Part shown: piece by piece, positions 11,001 through 23,012 of the stretch | How positions within the stretch are numbered: position 1 is the first letter of the stretch | How the letters are laid out: each line of letters begins with the position of its first letter | Source: Klebsormidium nitens | Lineage: Eukaryota > Plantae > Klebsormidiophyceae | DNA: 64,000 bases | Direction of reading: 5' to 3' | NCBI GenBank assembly: GCA_000708835.1 | Contig: DF237182.1 | Span: 62,001 to 126,000 of the forward strand | Notes under the pieces: generated by a model | What the model was told of the DNA's origin: nothing | Databases searched by the model: none | Seen by the model: only the letters and a program-made list of their open reading frames with translations | Made by a program: the position numbers and the translations under genes

Positions 11001-14000
11001 TCTCGCCAGCAGCGGTAAGTCAAGACTGCGCTTGCTGAAAGGTGGTCTTATGGTTTTGTCGGCGTGTCACAACCTTTTGAGAGTGCCGTTGGACTTGTCC
11101 TTCAAAGAGTCTACAACGTGCGAAAAGGATTACTTGTCACCTCGTGATGCATTGCCACAGCCCCGTTTCGCCATCAAAAACCTTTCTTGTTCGACTTCGG
11201 GTTAGTGTAACAGGGGTCGGGGAAATGCAGGAGTAAGGATGGGGCCCGCCCTGCTCTGTTGGTTATGAAAAGCACCCATACCCGCTCTGTCTGTTGGCGT
11301 CTTCGGTTGACACTCTGTAACGATCCGACAGGAGAAAGTCGTGTCCATCAGATCTGACGCGAAGACAGTGCTGCTGCCCTTACCTACTCCGAAATCTGGA
11401 AAGAGGTTATCTCGGAATCCGCTCACAACGACAATTGCTTCTCCTGCAGGTGGCACAATACATGGCGTACTTGCAAACGAGTCTGGGCATTCCGCCACAG
11501 GGCGGTCTTCCTCCTCAACTCCTCCATGCACATCACTCTCCCAATGAGCACTTACCCCAGCCAACAGGAGGCCCCCCCGCCTCTGCCGGCCTAGATGTCA
11601 AACCCCAAACTCTCGCACGGCCCAATCTCAACCAGCAGCCCATGCCCGGCCCTCGCCCCCCTCCGCACAACGACCCCCCGCCGAATCGGGAACAGCGCGA
11701 GGAACGGGAGCAGAAGGTGCGCCCCAATCTGAACAACCGCCCGGTGCGTCCGCCCCAGCAGGGGGAGATGCGGGAGATGGACGAGCGGAAGCAGTTCGGC
11801 GAGCGGGGGGGCCGGCCGACGGAGGGGCCCGCCATGAAGAGCTTCCTGGAGCAGCAGAGCCGGGAGCAGCAAGCGCGCCAGCAGCAGCAGCAGCAGCAGC
11901 AGAAACTGGGGGGAGCGCCGCCGTACCGCTCGCTCGACCTCCCCCCCGCGTTCTTGCAGAGCCCCGATCTCCTGTACCAAAAGCAGCTCTCCCAACTCGA
12001 AGCCAGCTGGAAGGACGGGTCGTACAAACCGGCGCGCCCGGAGGGTCCCACCAGCCAGCAGCAGCCGCCGCCTCCGCAGCGCCACCCTTCTCTTGCCGGT
12101 AACGAGCGCAACGGCCCTTCGCAGTCGTCGGTTGGTCCGGGACCCCTCGGGTTGAATCCGGCGGCAGCCGGGATGGTCCCGCGCGGGCACACAACGATGA
12201 TTGGAACGCCCGGGATGCTTCCCCCGGGCCCGAACATGGGTCCCATGCCAGCAAACTTCGCCGAGTTCCTGGCAGACGCGCAACGGAGGAGCATCGAGCA
12301 GCAGGGGCAGCGTAGGGGAGGGCCCGAGGGCGGGCGTTACAAGGACCAGCAGCCGGGGGGGCCTCCCGAGGGGAGCCTCCAGTCGTATCGGGACCTGTAC
12401 ATTCAGCAGTGGAACGAACAAGAAGGCCGGATGCAGCAGCAGGTGCACCGGCCGCCGTCTGCCAGCGAGGGTGGCGGGCAGCGGAGCCGCGAAGGAACTA
12501 CCAAGCCGTTGCCAAAGCAGCAATCAGCGGTGGGGAAAGCGTCCCCTTCACTCGACCTTGAAGGGCCCTCTCCGGGGATGGGGGGTTCGATCATCCCGCC
12601 TTCGCGGGCTGGGTCCGGGGCCCAGGGCCCCTCCTCGTTCGGGCCCCCAGGGCAGCGCTCTGGGGGGGCGCAAGGGCCTGCGCAAGGGCCCCCTCCAAAG
12701 ACGGTGTTGCCTCGCGGGAAGCTGGCGCAGTCGGGGGGCCCCGGGAGCATGCAACAGCTCCCGTTGTCCGATCCCACAGGGGGGCGAGGGCAGCAGCTGG
12801 GCATGCAAAAGGGGTACCCGTTCGCGTCCTCCTCGGGCCCGGGGCCCAGTTTCGGGACTGGGGGTTTGGGCAGCTCGAGCGGGCGGCCCATCGCGTCCCA
12901 GTCGTTTGGGGCAATGTCGCAGCAGCAGCCGAAGCCGATGTCGCAGGGGCCGGGCTTGTCGCTCGGCGGCCAGTCGGCCCCGAGCGGGTCCGCACAAATG
13001 TCGAGACTGGTTGACCTCTCCGCGCCGAGCCAGCAGCGGCCGGTTGGGCCTGGGGGAGGGGGCACGTATTTGCAGCGCGCGGGGAGCCTCGGGCCGATGC
13101 CGCAGGGCCAGGCAGCCCCCCAAAAGGGCGGCGAGGCGTTCGCACGCCAGCAGGCGAAGAACGGCAAGGGCAGCGGCTCGGCGAACTTCGCAAAGCCGTC
13201 TTCCGCTTCGGGGGGGCTGTTTAACCAGCAGCGGCTCCCCAGCCCGGGCCACGCTCTACCCCCCGGAATGGTGGCGCAGCAGCACATGGGCGGGTTGGCG
13301 ATGCCCGGGGGGGATGACAAGAGCTGGCAGTACCGGAACCATGGGAACCCTGGGGGGGGCGAGGGGAAACTGGGCGGAGTAAAGAAGGCGGACGAGGAGA
13401 CGAAAAAGAAGGCGGACCGTGAGCGGCGCGCGGCGCGGCAGCGGCAGAAGGAGCAGGTCGAGTTCGAGCTGCAGTACCTGGCGGATCAGCAGGCGCACGA
13501 CCAGCAGAAGAAGCAGGCCGCCGCGGCCGCGGCCGTGCAGCAGGCCACCGAGCAGTACGCGGCGTTCGCGCAGGCGAAGAAGTTTGCGCCGGGGGCGCTA
13601 CTCTTCGCGCAGCAGCAGGGGAAGGCGCAGCCAGTCGGGGCGATGGCGCGCCAGCAAGGGGGGAAAAGTGGCCAGCCGCAGGGGCGGGGGGTAGCCACAG
13701 CCTCGGGAAACATGCACGCGCAGGGGGGGTTGTCCGGGGAGCTCGGCGCGGGGTTGACGCTCGGGCGGAACCCTTCCGGGAGCGCGAACCCGAGCAACGG
13801 GGTAGGGAACGGATCCCGGAACGGAACGCCGGGGTCGGCGCGAAGCCACGAGATGGGGCCCGCGGTCTCGCACATGCAGATGGCGCGGCCGATCAGCCGG
13901 GGGGGAAACGGGGCGAGGTTGCCGGCGACCGTGGGGCTCGGGCAGTTACCGCTGCCGTTCGCCCCGAAGCAGGGCTCGGCGGGTGTGCCGGGGTCGCGGC

Positions 14001-14972
14001 AGTCGCCGCCGATGCCGGCGCATCCGGGGCCGGAACGGGCGGCGGGGGAGGGCAATAGCCCGACGGGGAGGCAGGGTAGAGAAACGGGTGCAGCCCAGCA
14101 TCCACAGCCAATGGAGCCGCAGTTGGCCAAGCCGGACATGTCCAGACAAGGTGGGTTGGCTTGCTTAAAGCTTTCAGGGGTAGGGCTTTAGCAAGAGTGC
14201 AGACAGTGAACGGCAGTCCTTTGTTGTCGGCCGAAGCCAATAATCTCTTTTCAGCCGGAACCTTGATCCAAAAATCAAATCTTTTACTCGGACCCAGGCC
14301 GAGGCTGATTGCCAGCAGAGTGACTTCGCTTCATGACCGCTTGTTTCTGGACTCGTTCTAAATGCAGTGGAAGTGATCGGGTCAACTTGGAATACTGGCA
14401 TCAGTCAAAAGATTTAGTGACCGCACCTACAAGCTCCGATGCCAGTCGACCATACTGCTGTTTTCCCGCTTTTTCCAGTCGTCTGACTAGCCGTCACTTT
14501 TATTTCAGGTTACAAGGCACCTGCCGACTCCAACGGCCTGCAATCGCAGTCCGACTTTACGATGCTCGCCCGCCCCCCTGCGTCAGCTCCTGCAAGCGCC
14601 CCAAGCCCAAGCAAACCGTTAAATATGGCACAGGCAATTGCACAGACAGCTCCGGCGAGGACGTTTGAAACGCACCTAGGAAATCTGGCAGTCCCTGTCA
14701 AGTTGCCAGTTAGGGATGGTCCGGAGCGAACACCGTTAATGCCACCGCACCCGCCACTAAGGGACGTTCCCGAGCGGACCCCTTTGATGCCACCGCAGCC
14801 GCCAATGAGTGGGGCAGCGCAGGTGCCGCTCTTAGTTAGGGACGCAGTCCAGACGCCTAACAAGGATGCAAGTCTGCATATGGCACCGCCCCCTAGAATT
14901 ATACCATCTCAAGAGAGAGCAATTTTGCCTAGCGTTGAAGGGGAGAAGGGCCTGCCGAGCAGCGGAGGCTAG
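5022..14972 (+). CDS. TIC: TIME FOR COFFEE-like nuclear protein (about 1925 aa, 14 exons: 5022-5112, 5348-5592, 5785-5824, 6055-6167, 6578-6977, 7280-7793, 8112-8157, 8425-8548, 9027-9219, 9516-9630, 9984-10379, 10679-11014, 11450-14150, 14509-14972)
   Basis: All 13 introns are GT-AG and phase-consistent; total CDS 5778 nt. Three short motifs match, in order, the conserved islands of plant TIC/TIC-like proteins: IPRRARSVLAKR (cf. VPRKARSA), EQEREVAEALFGLA (cf. EIEIAEVLYGM) and WKRCASHVYIAHYI (cf. KRCATHCYIA). The rest is low-complexity. Confidence 0.72.
11879..11902 (+). repeat. (CAG)8 coding microsatellite, polyglutamine tract in the TIC-like exon 13
   Basis: Pure CAG x8 encoding ...ARQQQQQQQQKLGG. 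Confidence 0.9.
14712..14807 (+). repeat. 48-bp coding tandem duplication (RDGPERTPLMPPHPPL / RDVPERTPLMPPQPPM) in the last TIC-like exon
   Basis: Two 16-codon copies; a third partial copy (VRDAVQTP) lies near 14837. Confidence 0.85.
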
Positions 14973-15999
14973 GGGTGAAGTTTTGCAGAGCCTCTAGAAC
15001 AATCGGGGTGGCCCTGAAAACTTGCTGCTCTACCTAAAACGAGTCCTTCCGTGTCATGATGAGTGAGTTAAGATACTCAAAGAACATTGTCAATCTCGAG
15101 TTCAGCCGACTTCATTATGCGCCTGATTGATAACAGCTAATCCGTCAAAGCCACACTAGAGCGTCGATCGCTTTATGGAAAGAGTACAAGTGCTTCAAAG
15201 TTGAGGGTGCTTACCGGCTTGGACGAAGATGAGGATGCTTCACAGATTGCTTATGACGAACTGGTGACGATTCTTCTTGGTTGGAGATTTCGAGTTACAT
15301 GGACAGTACGAGGCGACTATATGGCAGTTCTGCCTTAACCCTCGGGTTATATCAGTCAGGATATCCCTATACCCTGACTATATGAAACCTAGCATACTTA
15401 AAGGAGAATTAACCATGTGGAATACATGTGTTTCACGGTGATCGGACACTTTCACCGGGCCATGCTGGTGATCTATTACTATTAGGTAAGCGACGACGTG
15501 CATGGTATCCAGCTTGGAGACCTGAAGGGGTACGTCACTTGTCAGGTCATCTACGGTTCAAAGTCCAACGAAATCATCCTGCGCGACCATCGACGGCTCC
15601 GAACTGTAGGTGGTGCCAACTGGCACCGACCAGTCTCGATCGCAGTTCAGGTTCACAAACTTCACAACGATCTGCCTGATTTCGAGGAAGGTTTTGCCAA
15701 ATCAGCACAAAATCCAGAGCTGTGTGTGTTTACAGCTGGACTGCTGCCGTCTCTGGTGAGGCACTCATGATGTCAGTGCTCCACCAGCCCACCAATATCG
15801 TGATTGTCCCCTGCCAAGCTGTACGTCGCGCCCAGCTCAACGAAAGCCTACCTATCGACGCTCCCTACGTAGGAACCACCATAGGTATGTGCACAGAATT
15901 GAGCTTACCATGCTGGAGGTCTTTTTTCTAGCCCATGCTTTGTAGGTCGTTCCTGAGCAGCGTTCTCTTAAAGGCAGCATCTCCGTGCCGTGCCTTTAC

Positions 16000-18900
16000 A
16001 TGCCCATCAGTCCGGTGGGCGCGTCGCGGGTTTGCATGAAGTGCTTGGAAGAGGCCGGCATGACAGGTCTCTCCGTGCATGCGCCGCGAAGCCATTCCTC
16101 TCTCGGAAGGATGTTCTCCCTTACCCCCTGGTCCATCTCTGGGCGGGCAGACAGACTCTTGGTCAATCACCAGACAAGCTCCTTCGTTGAGCCTGGAAGC
16201 CTTAGGCGGAGGGGGAGTCCTTGTTCTGTGAAAAGCAAGCGGTTTGGGCGGGAGTCGGTGGGTCTGGGGTACTGGCAGATTGCAGACTTTCTGCGGCAAA
16301 AGGGGCGGTTTGCAAGTGGCGCACGGGCGGCGCCTCGTGAGGACACGTTTGCGAAGGGGCAGAGCGACGCAACGGGGGCGGGAGGGAGGCAGCGGACGGA
16401 GCAATGGATCTGGTGAGGGCACTTGAGCTAACAGAGGATATGGAGTTGACAAAGTTGCGAGGTTAAGAAAGATATGGAGCGACAAGTTGCAAGGTTGAGA
16501 AAGATATGGAGTTTGAGGGTATTTTGATGTTGAAGTTATGGAGCGAGCTGGTGATTGTGGTTGGAATGGCTGCGCAGCTCCTATCCTGCATGCTGCAGAA
16601 GTGGTGTGACTTCGAGCACAAGGCCTGAGCTGGGACCATTTGAAGAATGGTGCCGATTGAATCGTCAGCTGAAAACAGATGCAACTGTGAGGGTTGATAG
16701 GTCAATCTGTGTTTGGCGCACTGCCCGTGTGGCGGGGAGGAATACAAGTAATGAGGAAATTCAGAAGGACAGCTGGCAAGCTGAAGGAATGTGTTACAGG
16801 AAACATGTATTTGGCTATTGATGCTGGCGTCGCCGAACTTGGTCTTCAGAAGTGAAGGTATTGGGCTGAAATGCTTCCGTAAGTATACTGTGAAAGTACT
16901 CCGGCGAGTGCTGCCGTCTAGAGAGCTCTCCTCTTATAGTTTCTTGTGTTAGAGCTTTGGGGATTCTTTGCAGAGGCGCATTTGTCTATGCTCCCAATCA
17001 AACGCTTCACCACATTTTGGGCGCTGCACGCAGCTTACAGAAAAGACATAGCTTATGAACCTTTCCTTCATGCATCTTTTGCCACTCTCTCCAAGGCAGT
17101 CTACCCCGTGGGCCGAACCTTTCTTATGTCCACCCTGCAGGATCTTGACAACTGTTGCTATCTACGTAGCTCCGTCCCTCCCATTTATCGCCACAGCATT
17201 CTTTGCTCCGCAATTTCTGCCCCTCATTGGGGGCGCCTGGTGCACACTAGAGGTGAGTTTCATGCTAGCCGATTGCTCATTGCTTTGTCCTGAACGCGCA
17301 CTGCTTTTGGAGTTTGACAGCTGTATCAAAAGCCACGTGGGCTTTGTTTGGTCGATAACTTGGAAGGATAGCTGAGAGCTTTGCTTCCACAAAAAATCCA
17401 GGCTGTTCTTATCTTTCGATGCTCGATACAGCGCATGCCTGGTTACATGTTCTACTGCTCACATTACATGGAGAAGAATAGCCATTTTCTTTGAAAAGCC
17501 ATGCCTGGCTGCTTGGGCGTTTGACTGGTACTCCCTTGTCCTTCATTCTGAAGCCCAAGATTGGCAATGTAAAGTCATGTGCGCAAGCGGCAGTAAAAAC
17601 GAAACGGGTAATTTTATCAAGACGTTCGTGATCAATCGAGGGGAATTAGGTCGCAATGAACGATGCTCGCATAAAAGTGAACCACTATGTTCTACATTCG
17701 AAGCCTCCAGTTCTCAGGACAGTTCTGCCCACAAAGCTCGCGCAGAAATACCAGCTATACTGAAGCGGGGCTTCAGCCTATATGATTCTGGGCCTCTGTC
17801 ACAAGGCCCAGACTGTTTCCAACAGATTGAGCGTCAGGCGCCGAGTCATGTCTACTTTTGCTGTAAACGCAGGCTCTCTTCTTGATCTACCATGAGGTTG
17901 AACGGCGACGTGTGGATGCCGCCATTGTTTTGGGGCCCGCGCCCAGCCCCGCTGATGTCGTCACGATGCTGGACCGTGTTTTGGAGCTCAAGTGAGTGAC
18001 GATCAGGTCAAGGAGTACCCCGTTACACTTTTCAGCTTTCGTGTGTCTATTGGGACCTTGCAAAGTTGCCTTGCGGTGTCAATCCAGGGTTGACAGAAGC
18101 TTGCTTGTCGCGGTCTCGCGGTGTTTGGCACCCTAGATGTCTGATTTGTTCATGCCAATAATGCTTTCTGAGCTTCCAAAATCTGGATCGAAGCTCGAGT
18201 CATACACTGATAAAAGACGAATGTAAGCGTAGAAGCATGAAGAATGGTGGGCAGAAGGCATACGGCATGTGCTCGAGCCAGGGACGTCTTCTTTGCAGGG
18301 CATCAGTCCACATACTGTGTCTCGGTACGTCAATTCTACCTCACCATCATCGAAGTCAATGTCGGAGGTTCTGGGCGCTTTCCCTTCTTGGCACCGCCCA
18401 TATGGTAGCGCCGTATCAAAAGGGGAGAGCGAACCTCGTTTGTTTTCCGTGCAGGCAAATTATCGACACCAAGTCGTTCCTGAGCCGGTGGTTCCTAGGT
18501 GCGCCGTTTGAGAGCATCGGCCGCGAGAACGTTGCCGACTTTGTGTCGTACGGGTTTTACGACCGGCACATGCAAGAGCTCAGCCCGGCAATGCAGGAGG
18601 CCGTCAGAGGTGGGGCTTACATATTTGAGGTGCCTCTTTCTTTGTCACAAATTTTCAGGAATGAAGGTTGAAACTTACAGGATCGAGTCTTCAATGTTCA
18701 AGATGTTGTTCGAGGATCCAAATTCTTCTCCCGTGAAATTGGGGCGTGTAAATGAATTTTGGAATACATGGAGTTTTCGGCTTTAGGCTTCCCGGCGTGT
18801 TGTTCCCTGGCACTGTCATTGACAAGAGGGACCGATGATTTTGTTGAGTCCCAGCGTTTCCATGTTCGTTGGTTGCTGGTAAAGACTAAAGGTCTTTCGC

Positions 18901-21900
18901 GCATTTTGAGCATCTGAGGCTTGGGGACGTTCAAGAATGGCCCTTAGAGAGGATGACCCTTAGAGGATTCGGGCACGTCGAGCTGGATTGTCAAACCTGG
19001 CGGCCTTATGCTTCTCAACCTCACTCGTTGGGAAGTTCAACTTCGTCGCGTCCAGATTGTTGGCATGTCAATGTCAATATCAGATTTTCGGACACCGGGC
19101 CCTTCGGGTGCATCGAAAGTACTGCACTTCGTGTTTGTGGGGGTCCAGGTGTTTTTAGAGTGGCATTGTGATTGAGCGTTCACATCAGCTGTCGTCGTGT
19201 TTGTCGATTGAGTCGACGATTCAGTGTCGTTCGGGCCGATTGTTCGAGTATTAGCCAAGATGAGATATCAACCGTTCTTTCAACAGTGAGTGTTCGGCTT
19301 TCAACAAACAGTATAAGGGAAAAGCGACACGTTTCGTCTGGGCAGTTGGACACTCGACTTAGTTTTGAAACTTAGAGCCTCTGAATCCTCTTTTTGTTCT
19401 GTATGATTGCGGATGGGGCTTCTCGGGAGCTGTATTCCAGGGAGACTGCAAAGCACGATTGAGCTTAATAACATGATTTTAAAGTGCCAGTAAGTGCCAG
19501 TGTGGTCTCAACTCTTCACAGAGGTTGAGAGAACGAAAGCCATCTACTTTGTCGGAAGTTCGAATCACGCAACGTTCCCTTTTTCAACGGTCGAGCAGGT
19601 GCTGAAATCATTCTATTCTTATGCAACTCCAGAGAATGTCCGAAGGATCGAGAAGGCGTGGGAGGTCGAGTTTCCTCCGGGTTTGAACCCGAACATCCGG
19701 TTCATGGCCCACAACCGGGAGCCCCTCCGAGTCTCTCACCGGCCCCTCTTCCTCTATGCCTGGTCGCAAGCGGTGTCAGTACTCGTGGGGAACGCGTTTC
19801 GACTGATGGGCTACCGAAGGTGAGTGCTGGGGCGACCGCGAAATTGGTATGCTACCTTTTTTTGGTCGCCGCGATGTGCGTGCCCTGAAAGGATTGCAAG
19901 GCAGATTGGAGCGTCGAGGGCGGGGCAACGGCCACTTCCGTCATACGGTGTGGCCTACAATATTCCCTTCCTTTCTGGATGCGACCTTTTGTCTCCTCTT
20001 TAGCAACGACATCCAAGTGTTTCGCTCCTGTTTCGAATAAGGTCCCTTCTCTTGGATGCTTGCTTGCATTATCTGGATGCCCTTCACAGCCTTATACCCG
20101 TCCCCTGCTTTTTTGTCTCCACGGATTCACATCTACGCTCCTTGAGAGTCCCTCTGTTACTATTTCAAACAGACTCTTTTCGACCCGTTCGTCCAGCCTT
20201 CATTGTGCAGAATTCAACTTTCGAAAAGTTACCACGTTTCTTCATTTCCTCACCAGGTCTCCAGTCTCTGCCTAGAAACCTTTTCGCCAAGCTCCGGCTA
20301 CGGAGCATACGGGCCTTTCAGGCGGTAAAGACGTTTTGAATCTTCCCTCCAAAGCTCAATTTGTCCTCGACCCATATGAGAGTAACGAGTACAAAGTACG
20401 AAACGCTCGAGATGCTTCGCATCTTAGACACGAGGATGTTTAGTCAATGGCATCAGACAATTCAAAAGTTCTTTTCTCTCTATCTCCAGTCACACCGCGC
20501 AAGGTCTCCGTTACTGGTACCGCCCCCCCTCCGGGGATCACGGCCTGCAACCGAAGCTGTTCATCCACGGTCTGGGGATTGGTGTGACGCCGTACCTGCC
20601 GTTTGTGTCCGCACTTATGGCGGACCGTCGGCGGGCGTCCGTTGTCGTGGAGTTGGGCCACATAGCGATGCGGCTCAACCGGCGACCGCCCACTCTAGAT
20701 GAAACCGTGAGTTTTGGGCTCGCGTGTTTTGCTTTTCTTTTCGTGCGGAAAAATGACCGAACGGGGCGGTGGTTGATCTTTGTTGTGTCGATCTTGACAG
20801 CATGCGGCATCGCACCCGTTGCATTTCGAACGGAGCCGGCGCTGATGGCTTGGGTCTAGATGATGGTTTTCAAGTCTCTTGAGGTGACGAATCAAGAAAG
20901 CAACTGAGAGCTGAGACGGAAACCTCTTGATGTAGAAGGTTCACTGATCCGTGTTCTATTCACTTCCGTTGACGACCTTTTTTGAGCTCGGATTTGCTTA
21001 GCAGGCTCCAAACTTTCGCACTCTCGCCGGTTCCATGCTGATGCAACCAATCCTCGCATGCCAGGTGGCGGCTTTGGTGGGCATCCACGAGCGGCACAGC
21101 CTGCCCCCGGCGTGTTACGTGGCGCATTCTTACGGGACGATGGTGGTCGCGAAAGTGCTGCTGACGCAGCCGCAGCTCGTGGGGAGCACCGCTCTCGTGG
21201 ACCCGGTCTGCTTTCTGCTGTGCCTCCCGGACGTGGTTTACAACTTCATCTACAGGTGGGTTACTGTGCCGGTTAGGCAGGGGCTTGATTGAGGACGTCG
21301 GGCGGTTCGGCCGGGTGTGTTTGTACCTGTATCTGAGATGGGTTGACAGGCGGGTTAGGCAGGGATTTGCTTTGCAACTTCAATTACAGGTGGGTTAACG
21401 GGGAGTCCGAGGGGGTAAATGGGACGCTGGAAGTTGACTCGTGCCGTGCTTTCCAGCTGGCGCGCTCGTATTGTCGCGCAAATTTGACGGCGGTACGTTA
21501 TCTGAGTAGAATCAAGTGGGGGCGTTTGCACGAACACTTGCGCATCTGTACGTGGACAATGGATTGCATCTGAGTTTTCGCCGAGATGCTGACGTCATGA
21601 TCTCGGTACAGGCCCCCCGAGGGCGACGATTTGCCGACGTACCTTGCGGACGCCTTCCGGTGGTACTTCTGCTCCCGGGAGCTGTACGTGGCCCAGGCGC
21701 TCTGCCGGGGCTTCGCCTGGTGAGCCGTCGATCCCGTCCGAATTGGTCCTTGCTTGAAGTTGCGCCGTCCGATTTGGTCCCCGAGCCGTCCAAGTGCGTC
21801 CGTACTGGTCCCTGAGCTGTTCGAACCTGTTGGACTGGTTCTTGGGGCGTCGGAACAGCCGTCTGATTGCGGTTCTGGCTGGGATCATGTTGTCTAGATG

Positions 21901-23012
21901 GCTCCCAAGAATGTTTAGGAGTCGGATAGGACACGGAGTTCGAAAGTGGACGGAGATGTGAATGAGTTTCAAGTTCGTCCAACGGGTCGTGTTTGTCGTT
22001 CCGGATAATTACGGATGAACTCCGGGTTAGCTTCAGGTTATGGTAGTGGCGATTGATTACCCATATGTCTGGTTAGGGGTAAGACGCAACACGGTCAATG
22101 TGCATGGTATTCAGCACAGCAACCTCGACCGCCTTTAAGCACAGCAATAAAGTTCAGCACGGCAATCTCGGTTGCATTCACATGCTCTATATCAAGGTCG
22201 ACTCTTGTACCGGCGCACTAGCGGAGTTTTTTGGATTCCGAGAAACTTGACGCAGTCTGCTGAAGAACTGTCTTTCGTTTCAACTTTTTAGTCATAGATT
22301 GCAAGCGGCGCCACTCTCACTTACTCTCTATGGCACGCACGTTGTTGTATCTTCCTTCGTTGTTCTTTTGTGGTGTCTTCGCCATGCCGCTTGTTTCATC
22401 CCAACATTTCCACTATCGCGACCTGTCGCTAACCCACACAATTTGTTTACGTATCCAGGCACAAGGTCATGGTGTGGCCGGACCAGCTACCAAAAAACCG
22501 GGTCGTCTTCCTTTCCGGCCGGGACCAGATTGTCCCCTCGAAAGAAGTCAAAATGTGAGCCCTTCTCCCTGTCGCTACTTGCAGTTCCGGGCTCATAATC
22601 ATATTCTGACTTGCTCACGTAGCGACATATTGGGTTTTCCATGCATATGTGTTTGGGGTCAGTGGTTGGATCAGGATGTGCGGTCAAGAAGCAAGTGTTG
22701 TTGCCAAGGGCTCAGTTCTTGTGGGACAGAACCATGCGAAGAAAGCTGTTTGTCGTTGTGAGTTTGTCATATGAGAGTCTCCAGTTTTCAAAACTCAGTG
22801 TGCTATTCACCAGTCCTTTGTCTTCGCTTTTGAATCTAGTCGGCTCTCACAGCTTCACCAACCGAGTCACGGTCCCTCGACCTGTTCACTGATGCAGGCA
22901 ACTTGAGCGGAACGGCGTCAGGGTCATATGGAACGCGACAGCCCGACACGCTCATTTCATATTCAATTCAGAGGCTCAACGGGAGCTGCTAGAGGCGGTG
23001 GACTTTGACTAG
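16000..23012 (+). CDS. Alpha/beta-hydrolase fold protein with N-terminal hydrophobic anchor (about 570 aa; exons 16000-16412 tentative, 17141-17252, 17873-17991, 18455-18609, 19633-19819, 20490-20706, 21065-21255, 21612-21719, 22459-22554, 22898-23012)
   Basis: Oxyanion motif FIHGLGIG, nucleophile elbow AHSYG, acid SGRDQIVP, His in RHAHF. Introns are phase-consistent (1713 nt). Exon 1 and the start codon (16000, 16036 or 16060) are inferred from a phase-2 donor at 16413 and an S/R-rich, transit-peptide-like N-terminus. Confidence 0.8.
16437..16518. repeat. Imperfect 32-34 bp tandem repeat (gatatggag...aagttgc.aggtt.agaaa, x2.5) just inside the first hydrolase intron
   Basis: Units start at 16437, 16471 and 16503. 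Confidence 0.75.
21241..21397 (+). repeat. Intronic duplicate of hydrolase exon end plus 5' splice site
   Basis: caacttcatctacaggtgggtta (21241-21263) vs caacttcaattacaggtgggtta (21375-21397), 21/23 identical. Confidence 0.8.
21718..21870. repeat. Degenerate minisatellite of about 30 bp (gagccgtc...gtccg..tggtcc) directly after a hydrolase donor site
   Basis: 4-5 diverged units read directly. Confidence 0.6.

Noticed and set aside
11533-14149. Long antisense and alternate-frame ORFs (up to 393 aa) over TIC-like exon 13
   Set aside because: Shadow ORFs expected from GC-rich, low-complexity coding DNA
15398-15444. Perfect Shine-Dalgarno-like AAGGAGAATTAACCATG, reminiscent of expression vectors
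   Set aside because: It is followed by only an 8-codon ORF with no other vector or bacterial sequence around it; treated as coincidence
15428-15931. Short ORFs between the TIC-like gene and the hydrolase
   Set aside because: No consistent exon chain or recognisable protein on either strand
22038-22140. Candidate hydrolase exon after ttagcttcag
   Set aside because: It gives a stop in the required phase; the exon at 22459 supplies the expected conserved residues
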